From: Mustelus asterias
Lineage: Eukaryota
Direction: 5' to 3'
Length of the DNA stretch: 64,000 bases
NCBI RefSeq assembly: GCF_964213995.1
Contig: NW_027590119.1
Span: forward strand, 248,001 to 312,000
The translations under genes and the position numbers were made by a program. Positions 36,767 to 48,187 of the stretch are shown here, one piece after another (the first letter of the stretch is position 1; each line of letters begins with the position of its first letter). The notes under the pieces were generated by a model. The model did not search any database and was not told the DNA's origin. It worked only from the letters and a program-made list of their open reading frames with translations.

Positions 36767-38072
36767 GGTTTTAGAAGGGGATGATTTGCAGTCAGGAAAC
36801 TCAAACCAAACATCAAATCCAGATCTGACTGAGTCGCCCAACTTATCGTTACCTGAATACCACTGAACCTTGAGCATGGAAGGAAAAAGCACCATTCACA
36901 ATGGGGCAAAACTGTACACGTGTTCTGTGTGTGGACAAGGATTCAGACAATCATCTGGCCTGTCAAGACACAAGTGCAGTCACACTGAGGAGAAACCGTG
37001 GAAATGTGGGGAAGGATTCAGAGACCTGTCTGAGCTGGAAATTCACCAATACAGTAACACTGGGGAGAGGCTGTTCACCTGCTCTGAGTGTGGGAGAGGA
37101 TTCACTCAGTCATCCACCCTGCTGACACACCAGCGAGTTCACACTGGAGAGAGGCCATTTATCTGCTCCGAGTGTGGAAAGGGATTCACTCAATCATCTA
37201 ACCTGCTGACACACCAGCGGGTTCACACTGGAGAGAGGCCATTCACCTGCTCTGAATGTGGGATGCGATTCACTCAGTCATTCAACCTGCTGAGACACCA
37301 GCGGATTCACAAGGGAGAGAGGCCATTCACCTGCTCCGAGTGTGGGAAGGGATTCACTCAGTCATCTACACTGCAGACACACCAGCGAGTTCACACAGAG
37401 GAAAGACCATTTAAATGTCCAGAATGTGGCAAGTGCTATAAAAGTTTAAAGGAAGTGATGTTCCATCAACGTGTTCACACTGAGGAGAGACCATTTAAAT
37501 GCCCAGACTGCGAGAAGTGTTATAGAGGTTCCAGAGAACTAATGTTCCATCAACGTGTTCACACTGATGAGAGACCGTTCAGGTGCTCTCACTGCGGGAC
37601 TGGGTTCAGGTGGTCATCTCAACTCACTGAACACCAGTGAATTCACACTGGGGAGCGGCCGTTCACTTGCACTGACTGTGGGAAGGGATTCACTCGGACA
37701 TCACACCTCATGGCACATCAGCAAGTTCACACCGATGAGAGACCGTTTAAATGTCCAGACTGCGGGAAGTGCTGTAAAAGTTCCAGCAATCTAGTGTCCC
37801 ATCAACGTGTTCACAGTGAGGAGAGACCTTTTAAATGTCCAGACTGCGGGAAATGCTATAAAAGCTGCAGTGATCTGATGTCTCATCAACGTGGTCACAC
37901 TGATGAGAGACCGTTCAAGTGCACTCACTGCGGGACTGGGTTCAGGCGACCATCCCAACTCACTGTCCACCAGCGAATTCACACTGGGGAGAGGCCGTTC
38001 ACCTGCTCCAAATGTGGAAAGGGATTCACTCAGAAATACAACCTGTTGAGCCATCAGCGAGTTGACAAGTGA
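36767..38072 (+). pseudogene. C2H2 zinc-finger exon with two in-frame TGA stops (36864, 37638); residual ORF from ATG 36876
   Basis: Acceptor TTTCACAG|G at 36766/7; ORFs 36870-37640 and 37710-38072 share one frame; ~13 fingers. Confidence 0.85.
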
Positions 38073-38737
38073 CTGCTGGAGTTTGATTCTGCTGTTTATC
38101 ACAAATCACAAACATGTTGATTGTGGTCATTCGCCTCTGATGTAAATAAATTTGAGCCCACAAATAAATACGAATGTCCTGGATGAAAGTCAAATCAATC
38201 TGCTTTTATGTTAAACAAACAATCTGTTGAAACTTTTTATTATCTCTGACTCAAGTCCATTCCTTTCGAATGGCTCTCCCTCTCCCCTGTCTCCTCCATC
38301 CTGACCCCCAACAAAAAGTGTGATGAAGTCATGGAGCTTCTTTGTTACTAGGATTGAGCCAACCCATTCAGCTGTCCCTGCTGCTTCCCTCTCTTTCACC
38401 CTCCCACTGAGCCAAACTAATGTATCTAAAGCCTCTCCCTGTCTGAGCCTTGAACCTGCATCTTTCAACAGTTTCTTTCCTGTCTTGGCCCTGACTCTAT
38501 TTTCATTAAATTACTGACCATCCAACTTCCCCATATTGGCTGATATTGTTAATGATTCTCTCCCTCTCTTCTGGTTTTGTTCCTCTCACTTTTAAATACA
38601 CAAACATCACCCTTTATGAAAAAAACCCTTTGATCCCACTTTGCTTGCAAATTATGGCCCCATCTCCAGTCTCCCTTTCCTCTCCAAAGTCTTTGAACTT
38701 GGTGTCTCCCAAGGATATATACTTTTGGTCTCCTATT

Positions 38738-39155
38738 TGGGCAGCAAGGTGGCATGGTGGATCGCACTGCTGCCTCACAGATCCAGGCACCTGAGTTCAA
38801 TTTCAGTCTCTGTGGAGTTTGCACATTCTTTCTGAGTTTGTGTGGATTTCCTCCGTGTGCTCCGGTTTCTTCCACACTCCAAAGATGTGCAGGCTAGGTG
38901 GAATGGCCATGCTAAATGTATGGGATTACGGGTATAGGGTGGGGAGAGGGACAGCAGATTTCCTTCCCCAGAGGACATTAGTGAGCAATCAGCAATTGGC
39001 CGTGCTAAAATTGCCCCTTAGTGTCCTGGGATGTGTAGATTAGAGGGATTAGTGGGTAAAATATGTAGGGATATAGGGCCTGGGTGGGATTGTGGTCGGT
39101 GCAGACTCGATGGGCCGAATGGCCTCTTTCTGTACTGTAGGGTTTCTATGGTTTC
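38738..39155 (+). mobile_element. HE1/V-SINE-like elements (two partial copies)
   Basis: GCACTGCTGCCTCACAG head, CTCCGGTTTCTTCCACACTCCAAAGATGTGC core, GGGCCGAATGGCC tail. Confidence 0.8.
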
Positions 39156-40371
39156 ATGGTCAGAGCATTGCCCTGGGTCTCTGGATTACTGCGCTAGTGA
39201 CAATATCACTATGCCACTGCCTCCTCAATGTACACACATAGGAAAAGGCCATTCACCTGCTCCGTGTGGGAAAGAATTTATGCATCCAATTTGAAGGGCT
39301 GTGATCACAATAACCTCAGACCTCCGGACTATTTTGTTTGTGGTGGATATTTAGTAAGGACACTACCTACAACTGTTGTGGAGAATCAAAGACACAGCTC
39401 CAGTCTGATAAAGACCTTGTTCATTTAACGACCTGATCACATAAACCCCAGTGTAATCTAACAGGTCTTTCACAGGTCTATTGGACACGACCTCTCACCT
39501 GACAAGTACATGGGATTCTTTCATATTGAAACATCCCAGATAAGTGATAACTATGAAGATTCAGAATATGAATGCCTTTTTGTAATTCCAACATTCATCC
39601 ACTCTTGACCATAAGACATAGGAGCAGAATTAGGCCACTTGGCCCATCGAGTCTGCTCTGCCATTCAATCATGGCTGATATTTTCCTCATCCCCAGTCTC
39701 CTGCCTTTTCCCCATAACCCCTGATCCCCTTATTAATCAAGAACCTATCTATCTCTGTGGAAGCCACTCAATGACCTGGCCTCCACAGCCTTCTGTGGCG
39801 AAGAGTTCCAACAGATTCACCACTCTCTGGCTGAAGAAATTCCTCCTAATCTCTGTTTTAAAGGATCGTCCCTTTAGTCTGAGGTTGTGCCCTGGAGTAT
39901 TCTGGTTAACACACTGGAATACTCCCTTGGCCCTTCAGGATAATGTCACTGCAGTATATGGGATCTGCAGAAACATTCAATTAAATTCTACCAGCCACCT
40001 GGTATGCTTAACTGTGGAAACCCTTTTCCATTGAGGTCTCAGATTACTACAGCAGATATGCATTGTTCTGACTCGACCAGCCGGGCTGTGGAATTAGTTG
40101 GATAGATCTTCCAGAGAGCCAGCAGAGACAAAATGGGCCAAATGGTTTCTATTTATGCTGTATCATTCTCTAAAAGGGTGAGTATTCAGTATCAGTGACA
40201 GAGAGAAGAACCAGTGACTGTGCGATTGAACCCAGCCAGAATCAGCACCATAAAGGGAGGAGTGAGGGGGAAACGGTATAAAAGCTTTGAAACCATTGCA
40301 TGGTCCTGCAGCAGAACTTTGAGAACTAGAGCACAGCATATCATCAATTCTCAATATTTCAGTCATTTACC

Positions 40372-40938
40372 TTTATGCTGCAACTGTACAGGACCTTGGT
40401 GAGACCACATTTGGAATATTGTGTGCAGTTCTGGTCACCTCACTATAAGAAGGATGTGGAAGCGCTGGAAAGAGTGCAGAGGAGATTTACCAGGATGCTG
40501 CCTGGTTTGGAGGGTAGGTCTTATGAGGAAAGGTTGAGGGAGCTAGGGCTGTTCTCTCTGGAGCGGAGGAGGCTGAGGGGAGACTTAATAGAGGTTTATA
40601 AAATGATGAAGGGGATAGATAGAGTGAACGTTCAAAGACTATTTCCTCGGGTGGATGGAGCTATTACAAGGGGGCATAACTATAGGGTTCATGATGGGAG
40701 ATATAGGAAGGATATCAGAGGTAGGTTCTTTACGCAGAGAGTGGTTGGGGTGTGGAATGGACTGCCTGCAGTAATAGTGGAGTCAGACACTTTAGGAACA
40801 TTTAAGCGGTTATTGGATAGGCACATGGAGCACACCAGGATGATAGGGAGTGGGATAGCTTGATCTTGGTTTCAGATAAAGCTCGGCACAACATCGTGGG
40901 CCGAAGGGCCTGTTCTGTGCTGTACTGTTCTATGTTCT
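40372..40938 (+). mobile_element. Young CR1 3' fragment, same subfamily as 32826-33370 (inverted)
   Basis: Near-identical ORF2 C-terminus (..HMEHTRMIGSGIA*) and 3' UTR. Confidence 0.93.
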
Positions 40939-40999
40939 AAATGCTAACAATGCTATTTTGAATTAACTGTATGAAGTTTCAATGGCGTTTATTGCCCAG

Positions 41000-41360
41000 C
41001 ATTCGCTGCGGGTGTGAAAGTGCCCTATTCACTCCACAGGAGCCCAGTACGCAGGCGCAGCGCTGTATCTGGAGCATGCGCAGTGTCACTTTGCTCGGAG
41101 CCCGCGAGTCCGGGAGACACTTGTTTCAAGGGGTGAGAATCGGTGGGACGGCGGGAGGAATGAAGCCGGGAGTCGGGGTGGGGAGGGAACAGAGGCTTCA
41201 TAAACATCTGCTGTAGGCCGCAAGATCTGAATAAGAGCCTTCCGGTCCCGGCTTTGCAGCTCCGTGGATTTTATCCGGGATCAGGCGCGGTGCCGCGGCC
41301 GCCATCTTTGTTTAGCGGGGAGCAGAGCGCATGCGCGGCCAGTGGGCGGGGTTTCAGGAT
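41000..41360. promoter_or_regulatory. CpG-island promoter
   Basis: YY1 GCCATCTT 41301, NRF1 GCGCATGCGC 41327, GC box ~41343, ETS CTTCCGG ~41238. Confidence 0.65.
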
Positions 41361-42049
41361 TTGGGTTACCAGGACAGACAATGTTTGAGTCATTGACTGA
41401 CAGGCCAGGTTCATGGATGCTGCCTTTCACCTTCTCAATTTGGAGCGGCGGCTCGCCGTCTTTTATACACTTTGATCATACAGACATTAGCGGTTACTTC
41501 GTCATTAGCTTTGGGTGGTTACCTGTACTTAGCCAATTGGGCTCCCCTCGCAATAATTGACCTCCAATCACATTCCTTCAAAAACAACCGTTAACAGAAA
41601 CCCACAACTTATTGTTTCAGTTCACCTTTATCTTAAGCTAAGCTGACCATCTGGACCTCGCGGTCTGGTTTTTTTTGTCTGTTCCGTATTTTTTATACAA
41701 TAACAGGATGTAGCTCAAAGGTTAGTTCGTTATTTAGTCAGCAACAGAATGATCTTTGTTAACCACAGGATAAGTGCTGGGCACAGCCAGTCCCGTACGC
41801 ATTCACTTTCAAAGGTCGCAGTCTTAGTTTCACTCCAACACTCATCTCATTTATCTAAAATCCAACGAGCATAGATGCACCCTGCCTAACCTTTCCTCAA
41901 AAAACAGACCCCTTCATGCCCAAAATCAGCGAGTGAACCTTGTCTGAATTGCTTCCAATGTAAGTATATTCCATCTTAAGTAATCTTATGCTCGAAAACA
42001 GGAGGGGAGAATGTTATGGATTTATATTCAGGTCTGACAAATGACTGTT

Positions 42050-42385
42050 GGGGGTGACACAGTGGTTAGCAGTTCTGTCTCAAAGCGCCAGAGACCCGGT
42101 TCAATTCCAGCCTCGGGTGATTGTCTGTATGGAGTTTGCACATTCTCCCTCTGTCTGTGTGGGTTTCCTCTGGGTGCTCTGGTTTCCTCCCACACTCCAA
42201 AGAGTGGGTTGATCGACCGTGCTAAAGTGTCCCTTTGTGTCCCAAGATGAGGGGGAAGGAAAGGATTAGTGATGTACGTACATCAGGTTACAGGGATAGG
42301 GCCTGAGTAAAGGTGCTCTGTTAGAAACTTGGTGCAGACTCGATGGGCTAAAAGGCCTCCTTCTGCACTGCAGAGATTCTGTGAT
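42050..42385 (+). mobile_element. HE1/V-SINE-like element
   Basis: tRNA-like head ACAGTGGTTAGCA..GGTTCAATTCC, SINE core, CR1-like tail. Confidence 0.8.
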
Positions 42386-42559
42386 TTTGGAATTTCCTTT
42401 TACAGATGGTTAGAAGAAGAGGATTTTGACAGCAATCTCAAACCCCCCAAAAAATGTGTATTTCTTAATTTCAAGCCACAATTGACACATGACTCTTGTA
42501 ATCTCCTTTTGCAGGGAGTTAGAGTGGGCCAAGCCTGAGGCAGCTGTCGTATATATATT

Positions 42560-42735
42560 TATAGAGAGAGAATAGACTAACATTTTGAGTCTGGATGACC
42601 CTTTGTCAGAACAAGGGTCATCCAGACTTTAAATGTTGGCTCTACTCTCTCTCCACAGATGCTGTCAGACCTGCTGACATTTTCCAGCATTTTCTGTTTT
42701 TGTTTTTTCCAGCATTCGCAACATTTTGCCTTTAT
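42560..42735. mobile_element. Penelope-derived inverted mini-element (family B)
   Basis: AGTCTGGATGACCCTT / AAGGGTCATCCAGACT inverted arms plus terminal-repeat tail. Confidence 0.65.
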
Positions 42736-43761
42736 CTGTATTTATATATCCAAATGTGCTATGTTAACAAAATGGACAGTTACTAACCGAAATATAAAGC
42801 ATCATGTGATTTAGCTGACTTGACCATATTCCTATAGTTATTCAGTCATTAAAGACACAGTCATGGAGCATTAAACTTGCCTCGCAGGGCCCCTTGTGTC
42901 AACACACAGGCAGCTGCTTTGTGAGACTGCGAGCAGCACAGACAAGTCAGAGATAAGAGTGTCCTGAGAAGAGAGATTCATTTTGAAGGCTCAGGGACGG
43001 TTGATAAGATGTAGGAATTCTAGATTCTAATGAACATTCTTTCTCTCTCAATCCCCAAAAGCTGTGAATCTCCATCCCACACACTCTCCCTCCATTCTCA
43101 CTCTGCTGTATCTAATATTCACCCTCCCAATTCTCCTGAAGGTGCTGATTGAGGCTGATTGACAGATCCATGCTCACTGCTTCCTGTCCACCACACACAA
43201 ATCATAAGAAACAGGAGCTGCAGTTGGCCATTCAGCCCATCGAACTGCCTCAACCATTCATTGAGAATTGGCTGATCTACCGCAGCATCATTTCCCACGC
43301 TATCCCCCAGATAGAGAGAGAATAGAGCCAATGTTTCGAGTCTGGAGAGAGGAAAGAATGTTCCATAGAAACTAGAATTATGTGTTCTGAATTTCTATCC
43401 TGCACTGATACTGATGATCTCTGTAAACTTGTTTTACAGGATACTGAAAGAGGAATCACAGGCCGAAATCTCAAACGTCACATCTCGATCTGACAGAGTC
43501 ACATTCCTTGGGACCTGAATATCATCGGCCTTTGAATCAAGGAGAAATGGTTGTCCGGTCTGATGACTTGAAAAGATTTCAAACATCAGTGTGACTGGAA
43601 AAGAGCCAACACGCTGCCACACTGGAGTGAGTGTGTTCCAGTGCACTGAGCTTGAACCAGTTACACAGCCTGAATAAATATCACACCATTCACAGCAGGG
43701 GGAGACTGTTCTGTGTGTGGACGAGTCTTCAACTGAAGAGAGAGGCAAGGACACCTGCACC

Positions 43762-44712
43762 ATGGAGAAACCATGGAAATGTGGGGACTGTGGGAAGAGA
43801 TACAAATACCCATCTGAGCTGGAAGCTCATTGGCGCAGCCACACTGGGGAGAGACCATTTACTTGCTCTCAGTGTGGGAAGGGATTCAGTCAACCATCCC
43901 ACCTGCAGACACACCAGCGAATTCACACTGGGGAGGGGCCCTTCACCTGCTGTCAGTGTGGGAAGGGATTCACTCAGTTATCCAGCCTGCAGAGACACCA
44001 GCGAGTTCATACTGGGGAGAGACCGTTCACCTGCTCTCAGTGTGAGAAGGGATTCACTCGGTTATCCAACCTGCAGAGACACCAGCGAGTTCACACTGGG
44101 GAGAGGCCATTCACCTGCCCTCAGTGTGGGAAGGGATTCACTGATTTATCCACCCTGCAGACACACCAGCGAGTTCACACTGGGGAGAGGCCGTTCACCT
44201 GCTGTCAGTGTGGGAAGGGATTCACTCGGTTATCCACCCTGCGGATACACCAGCGAGTTCACACTGGAGAGAGACCATTCACCTGCTCTCAGTGTGGGAA
44301 AGGATTCATTGATTTATCCACCCTGCGGAGACACCAGCGAGTTCACACTGGGGAGAGGCCGTTCACCTGCTGTCAGTGTGGGGAGGGATTCACTCGGTTA
44401 TCCACCCTGCGGATACACCAGCGAGTTCACACTGGGGAGAGACCGTTCACCTGCTCTCAGTGTGGGAAAGGATTCATTGATTTATCCGTCCTGCGGAGAC
44501 ACCAGCGAGTTCACACTGGGGAGAGGCCATTCAACTGCTCTCAGTGTGGGAAGGGGTTCAGTCAATTATCTGACCTGCAGCGACACCAGCGCATTCACAC
44601 TGGGGAGAGGCCATTCACCTGCTCCCAGTGTGGGAAGGGGTTCAGTCAGTTATCCAGCCTGCGGAGACACCAGCGCATTCACACTGGGGAGAGGTCATTC
44701 ACCTGCTCTTAG
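43762..44712 (+). CDS. Tandem C2H2 zinc-finger protein (11 fingers; premature TAG removes 2 more fingers that run to 44856)
   Basis: MEKPWKC start, acceptor at 43439/40, TAG in place of CAG at 44710 with intact fingers beyond. Confidence 0.87.
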   Translation: MEKPWKCGDCGKRYKYPSELEAHWRSHTGERPFTCSQCGKGFSQPSHLQTHQRIHTGEGPFTCCQCGKGFTQLSSLQRHQRVHTGERPFTCSQCEKGFTRLSNLQRHQRVHTGERPFTCPQCGKGFTDLSTLQTHQRVHTGERPFTCCQCGKGFTRLSTLRIHQRVHTGERPFTCSQCGKGFIDLSTLRRHQRVHTGERPFTCCQCGEGFTRLSTLRIHQRVHTGERPFTCSQCGKGFIDLSVLRRHQRVHTGERPFNCSQCGKGFSQLSDLQRHQRIHTGERPFTCSQCGKGFSQLSSLRRHQRIHTGERSFTCS

Positions 44713-44853
<141 letters not shown>

Positions 44854-46174
44854 TGATTCCAGGGGTTGGATTCTGCTGTTATTGTTTCTGCTCTCAATTA
44901 CATCCAGGACTGCATTTTGTTCATTCTCACAGTTGGTCAATGGGGAGGGTCGGGGGGTTTCTTTCTGCTGGACTGGCTGGTCACATGACTTTGCCTCCAG
45001 TGGGCTGATGCTCTTTGAGTCTTGTTGCGAATACCTGGTTTCAGATTTCACACGGATCACCGAGTGACCGGGTGTGAGGAAGTTCAGAGATATTTAGTCA
45101 GCATTTCTGTTTGAAACCTCCCAAATGCTCATCCAATTTCCTTTGTAATTGTTTATTGTCTCCACTTCCTCCACCCTCGTAGGCAGCGAGTTCCAGGTCA
45201 TTACCATTCGCTGCATCAAAATATTCTTCCTCACATTCCCCCCTTCCACTCTGACCCGAAACCATAAATCTGTGACCCCCCTCGTCCTTGTCCCATCAGC
45301 TAATGGGAACAGCTTTTCTTTGTCCACCTTATCTAAACCTGTCAGAATCTTGTCCACCTCTATCAAATCTCCCCTCAACCTCCTTTGCTCCAAGGGGAAC
45401 AACCTCAGCCTGACATTGACAATAAAGAACAAACTAACAGAATATGTTAATACCTGAAATCAAATGGGAATGTTTAATTTCTGTTTTAAAGATATTGTGA
45501 ATATATTGTCCCGTACAATAAAGGGATTTGAATAACTCAGCTTGAGTGCAGTTGAATGAAATGTATCAATCTCGCATCCACCCACAGTCTAGAGGAAGTG
45601 TGGAATGTGTAGCTGGAAATCCCTCCCTAACAGCACTGTGGGTGTACTTACACCTCAGGCATTGTAGCAGTTCAGGAAGGCAGTGTTGGGGTTGACCACG
45701 GCCGAGGCAGCTACATACAGCCACATATTCTGTTATAATTGAAGGACTGCAGATTGAATGTGAGGCATTATGGGACTGGACTATCTTGACCACATTCCTG
45801 TTACTGCTCAGTTTCTGCAATCACGGACCATTAAAGCTGCATAGCAGGGCCCCAACAGAGGACCTGGTGAGAATATTTACTCAGAATGAGTTAGAATTAA
45901 ACTTATTCCAGGACCGGCTGGTGTTCAGTGGCTGAGATTCCCGAATCTGTAAAAAGGGGGTCTGACCAATCAACAAACAGTGGTCGGTAGTTAGTTAAGA
46001 AGCGTTCTCATGTATTGTTTAAATTATTTTATCATAAATTTGTGATCAGAACTGTGAGGGACTTGTAACCCAATAGTTGTTGAATTGACGGTAAACTCCA
46101 AGTAGCACTGGACTGAAAAGGGGGTCTGACCAAGAAGTGAAGTGATCTCAGGCATTGTTTAAATTACATCATCA

Positions 46175-46617
46175 TTGGCCAACTTCCCCTTTGTGATGTC
46201 ACAGCGGAGCCATCTTTGAATCAGCCAATAGGAATCACTCTGCTCCGCGGTGACGTCTCCGGGTTCCAGTGCTCAGGCCCGGGCGCGCGGACCCGGGAGC
46301 CCCGCCCCCACCCATAGTTCCCCTCCCCCTACACCACATCGAGCCAAGGTTTCCAGGCAACCGGCTGACGGCTCCGGCCAGAGCGAGAAGCCGCTCAGTG
46401 ATCTCCCCCGACCCCCGGCCCGGGACTGCGCAGGTCCAAGGGAGGGGGAAGCTGAGAATTGCAGGGCAGATCCCACCCCCTGACCTGAGGTGTTGACCAA
46501 TGGGAAGAGTTGGAGGACTGGAAGGACACTGGTCCTCCAGCTGATCAGAGCACCGGCTTTGCGTGAATGAAGATTGAGCTTCAGACAGACTCAAACTTCC
46601 TCCTGTCTCCAACATCT
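46175..46617 (+). promoter_or_regulatory. CpG-island promoter and probable non-coding first exon of the downstream ZNF
   Basis: Paralogous to 12950-14404; CCAAT 46225, CRE-like sites, RFX-like 46349; donor CT|GTGAGT at 46618. Confidence 0.7.
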
Positions 46618-47490
46618 GTGAGTAAAACACTTTATTTTCTCCCCCTTTCTATTTCTTTTCTCATTCTGGGGGAAATTGGGGACTTGCAGCAACTGAAGGC
46701 AATGGAAGTGAATCCAGGGAGGGTGCAGACTCTGGAAAGGTTGGCCCAGGGCTCTGTCTCTTAAAGACATTGACATCCTTTGCTCCCTCAGTTTGACACA
46801 TTTATTTGTCTATCTAAAAGGATGGTCTCTTTCCTAATGTTCACAATTAAATGGCTGGTTTCCCCAGGGGATGGCTGACATTTAAGGGGACAGTAAATTA
46901 ATATCGGACAGAGATATGTCCAATGTTGTTGTATCAGACAGGTTTATTCCTGGTCCTGCAATAAATACATTTATCATTCCAATCTTGTCATATTGTACTG
47001 TAGCTACATTATATATTTCCAGTTATAGAGTCATTACAGCACAGAAGGAGTCCATTGGACAACTCGAGTCCATACCGACTCTCACAGTAACTTCATAGAT
47101 TGTTTGCACTTTTTTCATGATTTTCAAGTGACTTAATTGCAGTGTTAATGTAAGCCTCCTGTGACACTAATTAATAAACAATCAAAACTAAACTATAAAC
47201 CGCCTTGGTGAACACTTACTCGAAGATCAGAGGCTGAATGCCCTTGATCTTCGGGTAAATGTTCTCCAAGGCGGCCTTCAAGACTCACGACCGTGCAGAA
47301 TCGCTGAGCAGAAAGTTCCGCACACATGAGGACGGTCTCAACCACGATCTTGGGTTCACGTCACACTATCTGTAACCCCCACAACTTGCTGGGCTTGCAA
47401 AATCTCACTAACTGTCCTGGCTTGAGACAATTCAGTAAGAAGTTTAACAACACCAGGTTAAAGTCCAACAGGTTTATTTGGTCACAAAAG

Positions 47491-47535
47491 CCACACAAGC
47501 TTTCGGAGCTCTAAGCCCCTTCTTCAGGTGAGTGG
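47491..47535 (-). ncRNA. Minimal type I hammerhead ribozyme motif
   Basis: CAC-CUGAAGA-A-GGGGC(UUAGA)GCUCC-GAAAGCUU-GUG: intact core, stem II, palindromic AGCU in place of stem III, stem I CAC/GUG. Confidence 0.75.
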
Positions 47536-47821
47536 GAATTCTGTTCACAAACAGGGCATATAAAGACACAGACTCAATTTACATGAATAATGGTTGGAAT
47601 GTGAATACTTACAACTAATCAAGTCTTTAAGATACAAACAACGTGAGACAATTGAGACAACATTGAGACAATTCACACCTCTTTAACCTGTGCTTAACCC
47701 TCTCTCCACTCACATTGTACCTGGAAAGACTTGATTACCTGTTAAGACTCGCATTCCAACTATTATCTTATAATGGAGTTTGTGTCTATATATGCCCTGT
47801 TTGCGAACCAAATCCTGCACA

Positions 47822-47856
47822 CAGCTGATGAAGGAGCAGTGCTCCGAAAGCTCCTG
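47822..47856 (+). ncRNA. Minimal type I hammerhead ribozyme motif
   Basis: CAG-CUGAUGA-A-GGAGC(AGU)GCUCC-GAAAGCUC-CUG: intact core, stem I CAG/CUG. Confidence 0.72.
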
Positions 47857-48187
47857 CTACTAATAAACCTGTTGGACTTTAACCTGGTGTTGTGAAACTT
47901 CTTTCTTAGACTGGGTGTCTACCCCAGTCCAACGCCGACATCTTCACATCCAGGACAGGAAGCAGTGAGTATGGATCGGTCAATCAGCCTGAATCAGCAC
48001 CTTTCGAAGAATTGGTAGGGTGAATATTAGATACAGCAGAGTGAGAATGGAGGGAGAGTGTGTGGGATGGAGATTTACAGCTTTTGGGGAATGAGAGAGG
48101 AAAGAATGTTCCATAGAAACGAGAATTGTCTGTTCTGAATTTCTAGCCTGTACTAACACTGATGAATTTTATAAACTCCATTTGCAG

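Larger units (their letters stand above)
47200..47950 (+). mobile_element. Penelope-like element 3' end (family A) with a nested inverted terminal repeat (47435-47662)
   Basis: DLRVNVLQGGLQD..AEQK..FRTHEDGLNHDLGFTSHYL* C-terminus; TTGAGACAATTCA duplicated at 47422-47434 and 47663-47675. Confidence 0.85.

Noticed and set aside
36864-36866. In-frame TGA as selenocysteine
   Set aside because: Aligns with Arg rather than Cys positions; CpG decay explains it; no SECIS recognised
39228-39290. Extra ZNF gene
   Set aside because: Only a half-finger remnant (HRKRPFTCSVW) next to SINE fragments
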